Source: an uncultured Methylomirabilota bacterium (lineage in GTDB: Bacteria > Methylomirabilota > Methylomirabilia > Methylomirabilales > 2-02-FULL-66-22). From it: 64,000 nt of DNA. The notes under the pieces were generated by a model, which was not told the origin of the DNA, did no database searches, and saw only the letters and a program-made list of their open reading frames with translations. Below, one piece after another: positions 63,901 through 64,000 of the stretch. The stretch covers positions 512,001-576,000 of the forward strand of contig CAWJSJ010000002.1 of NCBI GenBank assembly GCA_963845565.1. Direction: 5' to 3'. Within the stretch, counting starts at the first letter, position 1. Each line of letters starts with the position of its first letter. The translations under genes were made by a program, and so were the position numbers.

Positions 63901-64000
63901 CTCGGCGAGAGCCATCGCAAGGCGTTCGAGACGAACAGCGGAAATGCCACACGCAGCGGAAGGTCCGTCCGGTACAGGTCGAACCCGAGGAAGATGGCCT
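60911..64000 (-). CDS. Large membrane-anchored VWA/glutamine-amidotransferase-like protein (5' end outside window; frameshift near 62900)
   Basis: MIDAS motifs VLDGSDS and VLDRSGS, LLSDG; GGLVMLGGEESFG; SGRLS|LYRDGTFVG frame switch. Confidence 0.82.

Overview
GC-rich bacterial chromosome segment; gene content resembles Methylomirabilota/Rokubacteria-like or deltaproteobacteria-like organisms (impression only). 1-10.3 kb: a phosphoribosyltransferase and a complex I operon (nuoA,C,D,H,J,K,L,M,N) lacking nuoB, nuoI and nuoEFG, with a repeated MITE-like element at the positions of nuoB and nuoI. 10.5-36.7 kb: an accessory region with oxyanion transporters, a PAS-PAS-LuxR regulator flanked by paralogous small membrane proteins, two paralogous His-less kinase-like membrane proteins, and a metal/membrane-stress cluster (ftsH, yqhA-like, P-type ATPase, two terC, htpX, arsR, TMEM14-like, dksA/traR-like) carrying TWO yybP-ykoY-type riboswitches with matching promoter/operator/terminator layout. 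36.9-47.9 kb: an integrase-less island in tRNA-Phe carrying gabD-sucB-sucA, a HUH/RAYT transposase with perfect 30-bp terminal inverted repeats and toxin-antitoxin remnants. 48-64 kb: WYL-zinc ribbon-M3 peptidase operon, atpI-F-H-A-G-D-C (no atpB/atpE), MoxR-TPR-VWA cluster. Several single-base frameshifts in housekeeping genes suggest sequencing indel errors. Family calls are from motif recognition by eye; no searches were run.
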